Assembly: GCA_963636335.1 (NCBI GenBank) | Contig: CAVHJW010000001.1 | Coordinates: 1 to 44,173, forward strand | Origin: a bacterium | GTDB taxonomy: Bacteria > Verrucomicrobiota > Kiritimatiellia > RFP12 > UBA1067 | DNA length: 44,173 bases | Reading direction: 5' to 3' | Shown here: one piece after another, positions 19,586-28,671 of the stretch | How positions within the stretch are numbered: the first letter of the stretch is position 1 | Layout of the letters: every line of letters starts with the position of its first letter | Made by a program: the position numbers and the translations under genes | The notes under the pieces: model-generated | Seen by the model: the letters and a program-made list of their open reading frames with translations, nothing else | Databases searched by the model: none | What the model was told of the DNA's origin: nothing

Positions 19586-20005
19586 ATGGATCTGACCGTT
19601 CTTGACTACACGATTTTGGCCGTGTCGGCGGCGGGGCTTGTCGTCGGTCTTTTTATCGGCGTCTCGGGCGCGCTCGCGTTCTTGGCGGGTGTCGTCACGT
19701 CTGCGCTCGCGGGTTACTTTGCTTGGGCTCCCCTTGCTCAGGCAATCCATTCGCGTCCGCTCGCGATCCTCGCGCTGATTGTCGGTGCGCTTCTCGTCTT
19801 TGGCCTTGTGCGCTTTCTTGTGAAGAAGTTCGTTCACGGCCTCGTGGCTCAGCCCGGGGACGCGATTCTTGGCTCGCTCCTCTCGGCGCTGGCTGCGCTC
19901 CTCGTTGCGCTTGCAGCCGCTGGCGCGTTAGCCGCGTTCTTCCCGGAGGCGGAGAGCCTTCGTTCTGTCCTGCTTGATAAAATGCTTGCCCTGATTGGTT
20001 CATGA
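19586..20005 (+). CDS. CvpA-family integral membrane protein
   Basis: 139 aa with four predicted TM segments. N-terminal DYTILAV and central PGDAILG resemble E. coli CvpA (IDYAIIAV, GTDRVLG). Confidence 0.55.
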   Translation: MDLTVLDYTILAVSAAGLVVGLFIGVSGALAFLAGVVTSALAGYFAWAPLAQAIHSRPLAILALIVGALLVFGLVRFLVKKFVHGLVAQPGDAILGSLLSALAALLVALAAAGALAAFFPEAESLRSVLLDKMLALIGS

Positions 20006-20793
20006 ACACGCAGCCCATCCTTGAAGTCCGCGACCTAAAGGTCCATTTCCCGATCAAGAAGGGTGTTTTCGCCCGCACCGTTGGATGTGTGAAGGCCGTT
20101 GATGGCGTTTCCTTCGTTCTTCGCCGTGGCGAGACGCTTGGTGTTGTCGGTGAGTCGGGGTGTGGCAAGTCAACAACGAGCCGCGCGATTTTGGGGCTCG
20201 TGAAGCCGTGCGGCGGCGAGATTCTCTTTGACGGCCGCCCCGTCGGCGAGATGAATCCGCTTGACTACCACCGCCGCGTGCAGGTCGTTTTTCAAGATCC
20301 TATGGCCTCGCTCAATCCGCGCCATACGGTGCGCGAGACCTTGAGCGAGGGGATGGTCTATCATCGCCTCTGCTCACGAGAGGAGGCGCGTGTGCGCGCC
20401 GCGACACTCCTTGATCAGGTGGGGCTTCCGGCGAGTTTTCTTGATCGCTACCCGCATGAGTTCTCGGGCGGCCAGCGGCAGCGAATTTGCATTGCGCGCG
20501 CCATCGCGCTCAAGCCCGAGGTCCTCATTTGCGACGAAGCCGTTTCGGCGCTTGACCTCTCCATTCGCGCACAAGTGCTCGATTTGCTCGCCGATTTGAA
20601 GGCGAAGATGAATCTCTCGTTCCTCTTCATCACGCATGACATTGGCGTTGTGCAGCATTTCTCCGACCGCATTCTCGTTATGAATCAGGGGCGCGTCGTT
20701 GAGGCGGGTGAGACCGCGGCGGTCTTGAAGTCGCCGAAGGAGGAGTATACGCGCCGTCTGATGGCGGCCGTTCCGCGTATGAGGGGCGCGTAG
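20002..20793 (+). CDS. OppF/DppF-type ABC transporter ATP-binding protein (no permease adjacent)
   Basis: Walker A GESGCGKST, signature FSGGQRQR, Walker B LICDEAVSALD, and the oligopeptide-type C-terminal tail PKEEYTRRLMAAVP. Confidence 0.85.
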   Translation: MNTQPILEVRDLKVHFPIKKGVFARTVGCVKAVDGVSFVLRRGETLGVVGESGCGKSTTSRAILGLVKPCGGEILFDGRPVGEMNPLDYHRRVQVVFQDPMASLNPRHTVRETLSEGMVYHRLCSREEARVRAATLLDQVGLPASFLDRYPHEFSGGQRQRICIARAIALKPEVLICDEAVSALDLSIRAQVLDLLADLKAKMNLSFLFITHDIGVVQHFSDRILVMNQGRVVEAGETAAVLKSPKEEYTRRLMAAVPRMRGA

Positions 20794-20796
20794 GCG

Positions 20797-21738
20797 ATGA
20801 AGCGCCTTCTCGTCGGTTATAAGGCGGCGGATCTTAGAAGGGATCTCCTTTCGGGCGACTGCCTCTGCCACGCGCTTGATATCTATCACGCGCATGCGAT
20901 TGAAACCGTCTGGAAGGTTCCTGTTGTGACGACGGCGCACCTGCCTGAAGGGCCGTGGGACGAGATTTTTTTCAAGACGGGCCCGAAGTTGATGAGCGGA
21001 GAGCTTTCGCTCGATCTTCTTCAGGAGATTTCAATTCTTCTCGGGGGCAACCTTCGTGCGCCTCACTTCCATCTTGATTTCGTGGGTCGCGAGCGCGACC
21101 GCAATGATCTCTTGAACAAGGTCAAGGACGACCCCAAGCGCGTCCGAGACTTCTCGGCGAAGTGGCCGGCGAGTGTTCCAGGTGGGCCGAAGCTTCTCTT
21201 TACATCGTTCCCAGGTTGTTTTTGCCATCGTCGCCTTGATGAGGGTGGGCTTGCGCTCGCGGAGGTTGTTTGCCGAGATTTGGAGGAGACGTGGGGCGCG
21301 AGGGCTGGGGAACGCCGCCTTTCTCTTTTGGATATGGGCTGCGGGTGTGGGCTTGTGGGGCTGTTGATTGCGACGCGGTTCTCTTCGCCGATTTCGGTGA
21401 CGCTTGTTGATTCGCATACGCGCGCTCTTGAGGCGGCGGAGGTGAATGCGAAGGCGTTCGGCCTTTGTGATGCGACAACTCTTCTTCTTTCGGACAATGG
21501 AACACCGAAGGAGACGGACGGCACGTTTGATATCTTTGTCGGAAACCCGCCCTATTATTCCGATTACCGCATTGCGGATGTCTTTCTCGAGACGGCGCGC
21601 CGCGCCTTAAAGCCTGGCGGTGTGTGCTACAGCGTGTGCAAGAATGCGGCGGGGCTTGAGCCTGTTCAGAAGCGATTCTTCTCGGCGGTTGAGATCATCC
21701 CGCGCCGCGGCTATTCGGTTCTCAAGTCCGTGCGATAA
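20797..21738 (+). CDS. class I SAM-dependent methyltransferase with NPPY motif (RsmC/RlmG- or HemK-like small MTase domain)
   Basis: Motif I is LLDMGCGCGLVG and motif IV is FVGNPPYY. The N-terminal roughly 160 aa are of unknown function. Confidence 0.6.
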   Translation: MKRLLVGYKAADLRRDLLSGDCLCHALDIYHAHAIETVWKVPVVTTAHLPEGPWDEIFFKTGPKLMSGELSLDLLQEISILLGGNLRAPHFHLDFVGRERDRNDLLNKVKDDPKRVRDFSAKWPASVPGGPKLLFTSFPGCFCHRRLDEGGLALAEVVCRDLEETWGARAGERRLSLLDMGCGCGLVGLLIATRFSSPISVTLVDSHTRALEAAEVNAKAFGLCDATTLLLSDNGTPKETDGTFDIFVGNPPYYSDYRIADVFLETARRALKPGGVCYSVCKNAAGLEPVQKRFFSAVEIIPRRGYSVLKSVR

Positions 21739-21764
21739 CGCGCCACCCCTCGGCGCGACTTTTT
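21739..21764 (+). terminator. weak candidate Rho-independent terminator
   Basis: CGCGCC / GGCGCG stem with a 7-nt loop, followed by ACTTTTT, immediately after the methyltransferase stop codon. Confidence 0.35.
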
Positions 21765-21792
21765 GGCGACTTTTCACCATTCTACGCTCCGA

Positions 21793-21803
21793 TATGGTAT
21801 AAT
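21793..21803 (+). promoter_or_regulatory. extended -10 promoter TATGGTATAAT
   Basis: Exact 11-mer. The etfB ATG at 21812 lies 8 nt downstream of the hexamer with no Shine-Dalgarno sequence. Confidence 0.6.
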
Positions 21804-21811
21804 ACATAAGT

Positions 21812-22609
21812 ATGAACGGATATAACTGCATTGTCTGCATCAAGCAGGTGCCAGACACGAAACAGGTGACTGGCGCGGCGATGAAGGAGGATGGCACGAT
21901 TAATCGCGCCGCCCTACCCGCAATCTTCAACCCCGAGGACAAGAACGCCCTTGAAGCGGCGCTCTGGGTCAAAGAGACGTATGGTGGCACGGTGACCGTC
22001 ATCACGATGGGTCTCCCCGCCGCGAAGGCGATTTTGCGCGAGGCGTTGATGTGCGGCGCGGATCGCGCCGTCCTCGTCACGGATCGTAAGGCGGCCGGTT
22101 CGGATACGCTTGCGACGAGTTACATTCTCTCGCAGGCCGTGAAGAAATTTAATCCCGATCTCGTCTTTTGCGGTCGTCAGGCGATTGACGGCGACACGGC
22201 GCAGGTCGGCCCGCAGATTGGCGAGAAGCTCGATTGCGCGGTCGTCACGTACCTTGAGAAACTTGAAATGGAGGGGAATGTCGCCATCGCGACGCGCGAC
22301 ATTGGTACGGGCATTGAGACGTGCCGCGCCAAGCTCCCCGCGCTCTTCACCGTGACCGAGAAGTTCGGCGAGCTTCGCCCTTATCGGATGCGCCGTGTTA
22401 TGAAATATAAAAACGCCGAGCCCGAGATTCTCGACTGCGCGGCGATTGGTTGCGAGGACGCGCGTTGCGGCTTCGCCGGCTCGCCGACGAGCGTCAACAA
22501 GATTGAGTCCGTCGTCCTCGCGGGCGGCGCGTTCAAGGAGGTCGCTCCGACCGACGAAGGCCTTGCGGGTCTTGTCGCGGAACTCGTGGCAGACCACACA
22601 ATCGGCTAA
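21812..22609 (+). CDS. etfB: electron transfer flavoprotein beta subunit, bifurcating-type signature
   Basis: CIKQVPDT, NPEDKNALEAAL and CGRQAIDGDTAQVGPQIGEKL. The last is the DGDTAQVG form seen in anaerobe bifurcating Etf, unlike the DDDCNQTG form of mitochondrial-type Etf. Confidence 0.9.
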   Translation: MNGYNCIVCIKQVPDTKQVTGAAMKEDGTINRAALPAIFNPEDKNALEAALWVKETYGGTVTVITMGLPAAKAILREALMCGADRAVLVTDRKAAGSDTLATSYILSQAVKKFNPDLVFCGRQAIDGDTAQVGPQIGEKLDCAVVTYLEKLEMEGNVAIATRDIGTGIETCRAKLPALFTVTEKFGELRPYRMRRVMKYKNAEPEILDCAAIGCEDARCGFAGSPTSVNKIESVVLAGGAFKEVAPTDEGLAGLVAELVADHTIG

Positions 22610-22638
22610 AAACTCAAAACGTCTAACGGACAATCGCT

Positions 22639-23688
22639 ATGGAACGAAATAAAGGTGAAGTCTGGGTCTTCGCGGAGCAGGAAGAAGGGCGCCTCTCCGA
22701 CATCGTCTTCGAGTTGCTTGGCAAGGCGCGCGAGCTCGCCGCGACACTGAATGTCAAGGTCGGCGCGGTCTTGATGGGCGCGTTCGATGAGAAGGGGCTT
22801 TCGACTCTCGCGTCCTCGCTCACGGCAGGCGGCGCGGATCGGGTGCACGTCCTCAATGACGCGGCGCTCAAGGTCTTCCGCAACAAGGCCTACCGCCATT
22901 CGCTCGTGGAACTCGTGAAGGAATGTGCGCCGCAGATCGTGATCTTCGGCGCGACGCACATGGGTCGCGACCTCGCGCCCTCGGTTGCTTCCGCGCTTCG
23001 GTGCGGGCTGACGGCCGACTGCACGGATCTTCAGATTGGAAACTTTGAAGACAAGAAGACGAAGGAGACGTTTACGAACGTCCTCCATCAGATTCGTCCC
23101 GCGTTCGGCGGCAACATCATCGCGACAATCGTCAACGCGCGCCATTGGCCGCAGATGGCGACGGTGCGCGAGGGTGTCATGAAGGCGTTGGATGAGACGG
23201 AAAAGTCTTCGCGTGCTTCAATGACGCCTGATGTCGTTGTTCACGATGCGCATCTCGCGGGCGTTGAAATTCCCGTTGAGGTTGTTGAGATTCTTCGCAA
23301 GGTCTCATCCGTCAACTTGAAGGGTGCGCGCATCATCGTCGCAGGCGGTGCGGGCGTGGGTTCGAAGGAGAACTTCAAACTTCTCCATGAGCTCGCCACG
23401 CTTCTCGGTGGCGCGGTTGGCGGCTCACGTGCGGCGGTGGACTTGGGCTACTGCGAGCACGAGCGTCAGATTGGTCAGACGGGCGTTACGGTGCGCCCAG
23501 CGCTCTTCATCAGTTGCGGCATCTCGGGGGCCGTGCAGCACCTCGCGGGCATGCAAGACTCGGCGAAGATCATCGCGATCAACACGGACAAGGACGCGCC
23601 AATCTTTCAGGTGGCGCACTACGGCATTGTGGGCGATCTGAACGTCGTCCTCCCGAAGCTCATCAAGGCGATTCGCGCGAAAGGCTAA
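22639..23688 (+). CDS. etfA: electron transfer flavoprotein alpha subunit
   Basis: RCGLTADCT, the C-terminal FAD-binding SRAAVDLGY...QIGQTG and ISGAVQHLAGM...IIAINTD. Confidence 0.9.
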   Translation: MERNKGEVWVFAEQEEGRLSDIVFELLGKARELAATLNVKVGAVLMGAFDEKGLSTLASSLTAGGADRVHVLNDAALKVFRNKAYRHSLVELVKECAPQIVIFGATHMGRDLAPSVASALRCGLTADCTDLQIGNFEDKKTKETFTNVLHQIRPAFGGNIIATIVNARHWPQMATVREGVMKALDETEKSSRASMTPDVVVHDAHLAGVEIPVEVVEILRKVSSVNLKGARIIVAGGAGVGSKENFKLLHELATLLGGAVGGSRAAVDLGYCEHERQIGQTGVTVRPALFISCGISGAVQHLAGMQDSAKIIAINTDKDAPIFQVAHYGIVGDLNVVLPKLIKAIRAKG

Positions 23689-23692
23689 GACC

Positions 23693-25420
23693 ATGGGTAA
23701 CTTCTACACAGACAATCAGGACATCGCAGACACGCTCGACCTTCTGGACCTTTCAGAGGTCGCGACCCTCTTTGAGGAGGACTTCCGCTTCGCGAAGGAA
23801 TATGACTTCGCGCCGAAGAGCGCGGAGGAGGCGATTGATAACTACAAGCGCGCGATTTCGCTTTGTGGTGACATTATGGCCAACCGCATCGCGCCGCTCG
23901 CTGAAGAGACCGACCGCGTTGGCAACACGCTGAACGAGGACGGCTCGGTGACGCGCGCGCCTGGGATGAAGCTCGCGATTGACCTCTTTGGTCAGACGGG
24001 GTTGATGGGTGTGACCATTCCCTATTACCTCGGCGGCCTCAACATGCCGGGCACGGTGCTCACGGCTTGCAATGACATCGTCTCGCGCGGCGACGCCTCG
24101 CTCATGAACCTCTTTGGCCTTCAGGGCATCGCCGAGACGATCAATCAGTTCGCCGACGAGGAGATCAAGAAGGAATACGTGCCGCGCCTCGTCTCGGGCG
24201 AGTGGACGGGCGCGATGGTTCTCACGGAACCCGATGCCGGCTCGGATCTTCAGAGTGTGAAGACGACGGCCTATCAGGACGCGAACGGCAACTGGTTTGT
24301 GAACGGCGTCAAGCGCTTCATCACGAACGGCTGCGGCGAGGTGCTGCTCGTCCTCGCGCGCACCGAGCCCGAGTTCTCGGACGGGCGCGGGCTTAGCTGC
24401 TTGCTCGTTGAGAAGGGCCCCTGGGTGAAGGTGCGTCGGCTTGAGAACAAACTGGGTATCCATGGCTCGCCGACGTGCGAGATGGTCTTCACCGAAGCGC
24501 CCGCGAAGTTGATTGGCCTTCGTAAGCGCGGCCTCATCACCTACGTCATGTCGCTTATGAACGGCGCGCGTATGGGTATCGCCGCACAGGGCACGGGCAT
24601 TGGCGAGGCCGCCTTGCGCGCCGCGCGCGAATACGCCGCGAGCCGTGCGCAGTTCGGTGTGACGATTGACCACTTCCCCGCGTTGCGCGAAATCATGAGC
24701 ACGATGAGCGTTGAGTTGCAGGCCTCGCGCCTTCTCACCTACTACGCCTCCAAGAACGTCGATCTGGAGGCGGGGCTGACGCGCAAGTTCGCTGCGCTTA
24801 AGGGGACGAGCGAGGCGGCGGGGGTGCGCACACGCCTCAAGAAATACGCCGCGTTCAACAAGATGCTGACGCCGATGGCGAAGTACTACGGCTCGGAAAT
24901 GTCGATGCGCAACGCGCAGGGCGCGATTAGCGTCCTCGGCGGTTCGGGCTTCATGAAAGACTATCCGTGTGAGCGCTACTTGCGCGACAGCCGCATCGCG
25001 ACGATCTACGAGGGTACCTCGCAATTGCAAGTCGTTGCCGCCGTCGCGGGCGTGACGGGTGGGCTCGTGAAGGATGTCATCGACGACATTCTGGGCGAGG
25101 GCTGGCGTGCGAACCATCCGCGCATGTCCGCACTCCTTGACGATCTTGCCGCGACGATTGAAGGCATGAAGGCGCATGAAGATGCGAAGACCTACCATGA
25201 CCTTTCCGCGCGCAAACTCGTCGATGTCGGCATTTGGCTCGTCGTGGCCGCGCTTTTCGTGAAGGCCTCCGAGAAGAAGGCTTCCAAGAAGGCCGCGCTT
25301 GAGTTCTGGCTTCAGGTTGCGCTGCCGCGTGTCCGCGCGGAGTTGGAACTCGTCAAGTCGGGCTACATGGGGTCGACGGCGGACTTTGAGACGCTCGCGC
25401 CGATGCCGCAGGAAGTTTAA
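23693..25420 (+). CDS. long-form acyl-CoA dehydrogenase (about 575 aa, with N- and C-terminal extensions)
   Basis: ACAD core with GAMVLTEPDAGSD, FITNG and the catalytic Glu context IATIYEGTSQLQ. The roughly 130 aa C-terminal extension resembles the bacterial Acyl-CoA_dh_C type. Confidence 0.85.
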   Translation: MGNFYTDNQDIADTLDLLDLSEVATLFEEDFRFAKEYDFAPKSAEEAIDNYKRAISLCGDIMANRIAPLAEETDRVGNTLNEDGSVTRAPGMKLAIDLFGQTGLMGVTIPYYLGGLNMPGTVLTACNDIVSRGDASLMNLFGLQGIAETINQFADEEIKKEYVPRLVSGEWTGAMVLTEPDAGSDLQSVKTTAYQDANGNWFVNGVKRFITNGCGEVLLVLARTEPEFSDGRGLSCLLVEKGPWVKVRRLENKLGIHGSPTCEMVFTEAPAKLIGLRKRGLITYVMSLMNGARMGIAAQGTGIGEAALRAAREYAASRAQFGVTIDHFPALREIMSTMSVELQASRLLTYYASKNVDLEAGLTRKFAALKGTSEAAGVRTRLKKYAAFNKMLTPMAKYYGSEMSMRNAQGAISVLGGSGFMKDYPCERYLRDSRIATIYEGTSQLQVVAAVAGVTGGLVKDVIDDILGEGWRANHPRMSALLDDLAATIEGMKAHEDAKTYHDLSARKLVDVGIWLVVAALFVKASEKKASKKAALEFWLQVALPRVRAELELVKSGYMGSTADFETLAPMPQEV

Positions 25421-25433
25421 GGGAGAAAAAGTC

Positions 25434-26264
25434 ATGGGTTGGTTTGAGCCAAAGAAGGAGAAGGTGGCCATCGCGCCGGCGAAGGCGCTCTGGGCGATTT
25501 GCCCGAAGTGCAAGAGCCACTTCGAGAAGTCGGTCTGGAAGAAAAATAATTCAATTTGCTCGAAGTGCAATTACCACGGGCGGCTTCCTGTCCGTGAGCG
25601 CATTGCGCAGATTGCAGACGCGGGTTCGTTCAAGGAGGTCTTCCGCGAGATCTCCTATTCGGATCACCTCGCGTTCCATGATGCGACGGGGGCCTACAAA
25701 GAGAAGGTTGAGGCCACGATTGCGAAGACGGGCGAGACCGAATCCATCGTGATGGGCGCGTGCACCATTGACAAGCATCCCGCGATGCTGGGCGTGATGG
25801 ACTTTGGCTTCATGGGTGGTTCGCTCGGCACGGGCACGGGTGAACGCATCGCCCGCGCGTGTGAGCAAGCGATTGCCGAGCGCCGTGCGCTCGTCATTTT
25901 CTCGGCCTCAGGCGGCGCGCGCATGCACGAGGGTATTCTTTCGCTTATGCAAATGGCGAAGACGTCGGCCGCGATCGCGCGGCTGAAAGAGGCGGGGCTT
26001 CCCTTTATCTCCGTTCTCACCGACCCGACGACGGGCGGTGTCTCGGCTTCGTTCGCGATGCTCGGTGACATCAACGTGACGGAGCCGAAGGCACTCATCG
26101 GTTTCGCGGGGCGTCGCGTCATTGAGAACACGATTCACCAGAAGCTTCCTGATGACTTCCAGACGGCCGAGTATCTCGAGAAGCACGGCTTCATTGACCG
26201 CGTCGTTGAGCGTAAAAATCTCAAGGCGTTCATCGCGAAGATGCTCGGCTATTTCGGCGTTTAA
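25434..26264 (+). CDS. accD: acetyl-CoA carboxylase carboxyltransferase beta subunit
   Basis: N-terminal Zn ribbon CPKCKSHFEKSVWKKNNSICSKCNYH, then GFMGGSLG and SASGGARMHEG. I chose the ATG at 25434 (GGGAG Shine-Dalgarno sequence) over the tracked 25299, which lies inside the ACAD gene. Confidence 0.9.
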   Translation: MGWFEPKKEKVAIAPAKALWAICPKCKSHFEKSVWKKNNSICSKCNYHGRLPVRERIAQIADAGSFKEVFREISYSDHLAFHDATGAYKEKVEATIAKTGETESIVMGACTIDKHPAMLGVMDFGFMGGSLGTGTGERIARACEQAIAERRALVIFSASGGARMHEGILSLMQMAKTSAAIARLKEAGLPFISVLTDPTTGGVSASFAMLGDINVTEPKALIGFAGRRVIENTIHQKLPDDFQTAEYLEKHGFIDRVVERKNLKAFIAKMLGYFGV

Positions 26265-26285
26265 AGACTTTCAAGGAGAAGAGAC

Positions 26286-27089
26286 ATGGCTGGCAAGACA
26301 ATGACGGCGTTTGATAAGGTGAAGATCGCGCGCGACCCGAAGCGCCCGCACCTGAAAGACTTCATCGCTGGGATGTGCGAGGATTTTGAGGAACTTCATG
26401 GCGACCGCCTCGTGAACGACGACCGCGGTCTCGTTGCGGGCTTCGCAACGATTGACGGCGAGAAGTGCCTCGTTCTCGGACACAACAAGGGCGCGACGGT
26501 TGAGGAGAATATGGCCTCCAACTTCGGCATGGCGAATCCCGATGGCTATCGCAAGGCGATGCGTCTTGCGAAGCTCGCCGAGCGCTTCGCGTTGCCGGTT
26601 GTCACCTTCGTTGACACGCCCGGTGCCTATCCAGGCAAGGAGGCGGAAGAGCGCGGTCAGGCCGAGGCGATTGCGAAGAGCCTTGAGTTCTTCTCGCGTC
26701 TCGCTACGCCAATCGTTGTTGTCGTGACGGGTGAAGGCGGTTCGGGCGGCGCGCTCGCGATCGCCGTCGGTGATCGTATCCTCATGATGGAGAACGCGGT
26801 CTATTCGGTGATTTCCCCCGAGGGATGCGCAGGCATTCTTTGGCGTGACGGCAAGAAGGCACCTGAGGCGGCTGAGGCGCTCAAGGTGACGGCCCCTGAT
26901 CTTCTTCAGTTGAAGGCGATTGATGAGATTGTCAAAGAGCCCGCGGGTGGCGCGCAAAAGAATCATAAGACGGCGATTGCGAACGTAAAGAAAGCCGTCT
27001 TGAAGGCGATTCGAGAATTGAAGAAGATTCCCGTTGAGCAACTTCTTGAGATGCGCTACGAAAAATTGCGCGGCTACGGCAAGAAGTGA
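26286..27089 (+). CDS. accA: acetyl-CoA carboxylase carboxyltransferase alpha subunit (short N-terminus)
   Basis: ARDPKRPHLKDF, VLGHNKG, FVDTPGAYPG and GEGGSGGALAI. Confidence 0.9.
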   Translation: MAGKTMTAFDKVKIARDPKRPHLKDFIAGMCEDFEELHGDRLVNDDRGLVAGFATIDGEKCLVLGHNKGATVEENMASNFGMANPDGYRKAMRLAKLAERFALPVVTFVDTPGAYPGKEAEERGQAEAIAKSLEFFSRLATPIVVVVTGEGGSGGALAIAVGDRILMMENAVYSVISPEGCAGILWRDGKKAPEAAEALKVTAPDLLQLKAIDEIVKEPAGGAQKNHKTAIANVKKAVLKAIRELKKIPVEQLLEMRYEKLRGYGKK

Positions 27090-28219
27090 GCGCCGTCTCC
27101 CTTTCGGACTTCGGTCTCGTCTCGGCGCTTGGTTGCGGGAAAGAAGAAAGCGAAAAGAATCTTTTTCTCGGCTCGCGCACGAACATGAAGGAAATCTCGC
27201 TCGCAGGAGGCGAGACTTCCTTTTTTGGCTTTGCCGCGCTTACTCCTGATGGGTTTGCGTCCGCGCCAACGCGTGTCGCCGCGCTTCTTGATGCGGCCGC
27301 GCGTCAACTTGATTGGAAGGCGCTCTACGCAGAGGTTGATCCGCGAAAAGTCGGCGCGGTTGTCGGGACGAGTAACTCAACGATGGAGGAGTTTACGGAT
27401 AAGCCCGACAAGATTGATATGGCTTATCCAGCCGAGCGCCTACGCGAAGTCTGGGGGGTGAAGGGCCCCGCCTACAGCGTTTCCACGGCGTGCTCGTCGA
27501 GTGCGAAAGCGTTCATGTCGGCGCGCCGTCTTCTTGAAGCGGGTGTTTGCGATGCCGTCATCGTGGGTGGCGCGGACGCAAAGACGCGCACCGTGATTGA
27601 AGGCTTTCATTCACTTGAGTCGCTTGCTGCGGGGTACACGAAGCCGCTTTCTGACGCGCGCGACGGCATCAATTTAGGCGAAGGCGCGGCCCTCTTTGTC
27701 ATGCGCCGCCTTGGCGAGAGTCGCGCCCCAGATGACATTCTTCTTCTGGGCGTGGGCGAGTCATCTGATGCCTATCACCTCACTGCGCCCGATCCCGAAG
27801 GGCGCGGCGCGGAGCGCGCGATGCGCCTCGCCCTTGAGGATGCGGGGCTTTCGCCCTCTCGCATTGACTATATCAACTTACATGGAACGGGGACGCGCTA
27901 TAATGACGCGATGGAATGTGCGGCCGTTCGGCGCGTTTTTGGTGACCAGATTCCTGTTTCCTCCACGAAGCCTTTAACGGGGCATTGCCTGGGCGCGGCG
28001 GGGGCTGTTGAAGCCGCGCTCTCGGCGCTTGCGCTTCAGCGAGGAAGGGGACTTCCGCCGCACGTCATTGATGCGCCCATTGATCTTAACCTCGCGCCAT
28101 TCCCAATTCCGAGCGTTGGTGACAAGACGCCTGTTCAGACGATTCTTTCAAATGCATTCGCCTTCGGTGGAAGTAACGCGAGCCTTATCCTCTCTCGCGC
28201 GCGAAAGGGGGACGCATGA
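27086..28219 (+). CDS. beta-ketoacyl synthase, aryl-polyene ApeO-like position (Cys-His-His intact)
   Basis: Active-site TACSSS (Cys codon 27491-27493), NLHGTGT and TGHCLGAAG. The GTG start overlaps the accA stop (GTGA). Confidence 0.8.
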   Translation: MSAVSLSDFGLVSALGCGKEESEKNLFLGSRTNMKEISLAGGETSFFGFAALTPDGFASAPTRVAALLDAAARQLDWKALYAEVDPRKVGAVVGTSNSTMEEFTDKPDKIDMAYPAERLREVWGVKGPAYSVSTACSSSAKAFMSARRLLEAGVCDAVIVGGADAKTRTVIEGFHSLESLAAGYTKPLSDARDGINLGEGAALFVMRRLGESRAPDDILLLGVGESSDAYHLTAPDPEGRGAERAMRLALEDAGLSPSRIDYINLHGTGTRYNDAMECAAVRRVFGDQIPVSSTKPLTGHCLGAAGAVEAALSALALQRGRGLPPHVIDAPIDLNLAPFPIPSVGDKTPVQTILSNAFAFGGSNASLILSRARKGDA

Positions 28220-28671
28220 CAGATCTTGAACGCCTCCTGCCGCAGAAGAGCCCGATGATCCTCTTGAGCGGCTACGACGAATCGGGTGATGACGTGATGC
28301 GCGTCACGGCGTATGTTGATATTGAGGCCTCGTCGCCGTTCTGTGAGGCCGAGGGTGTCCCAGCGTGTGTGGCGCTCGAATATATGGCGCAGGCGATGGC
28401 CCTTGTCGTCGGTCGCCTCCGCGCGGCGCGGGGGCTTTCTGCACAAATCGGCTTTGTTCTGGGCTCACGCAAATTTGAGACATTTATTCCTTTTTTTGCC
28501 CGTGGTCAGCGTTACACGGTGACCGCCTCATGCACCTACGAAGATGAGTCGTTTGGCAGTTTCGACTGCACGGTTTCGTCTTCCTCGGGTGTGCTCGCCG
28601 CGCGCGCGACGATGACGGCATACCAACCTTCGGGCGACATGACAGAGGAGAAACTTGAAGCCTATGAATAA
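28216..28671 (+). CDS. hotdog-fold 3-hydroxyacyl-ACP dehydratase-like protein (ApeP-like), with Gln at the expected His position
   Basis: 151 aa. N-terminal LLPQKSPMILL and central ACVALEYMAQAMAL resemble the FabZ / ApeP-type LLPHxxPMLLLD ... E..AQ layout. ATGA overlap with the upstream KS. Confidence 0.6.
   Translation: MTDLERLLPQKSPMILLSGYDESGDDVMRVTAYVDIEASSPFCEAEGVPACVALEYMAQAMALVVGRLRAARGLSAQIGFVLGSRKFETFIPFFARGQRYTVTASCTYEDESFGSFDCTVSSSSGVLAARATMTAYQPSGDMTEEKLEAYE

Noticed and set aside
23753-25570. A 605-aa ORF on the minus strand, antisense to the acyl-CoA dehydrogenase and accD genes
   Set aside because: The composition is Arg/Ala/His-rich and typical of shadow ORFs in GC-rich DNA. 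It shows no recognisable motif and completely overlaps a + strand gene with clear ACAD motifs.
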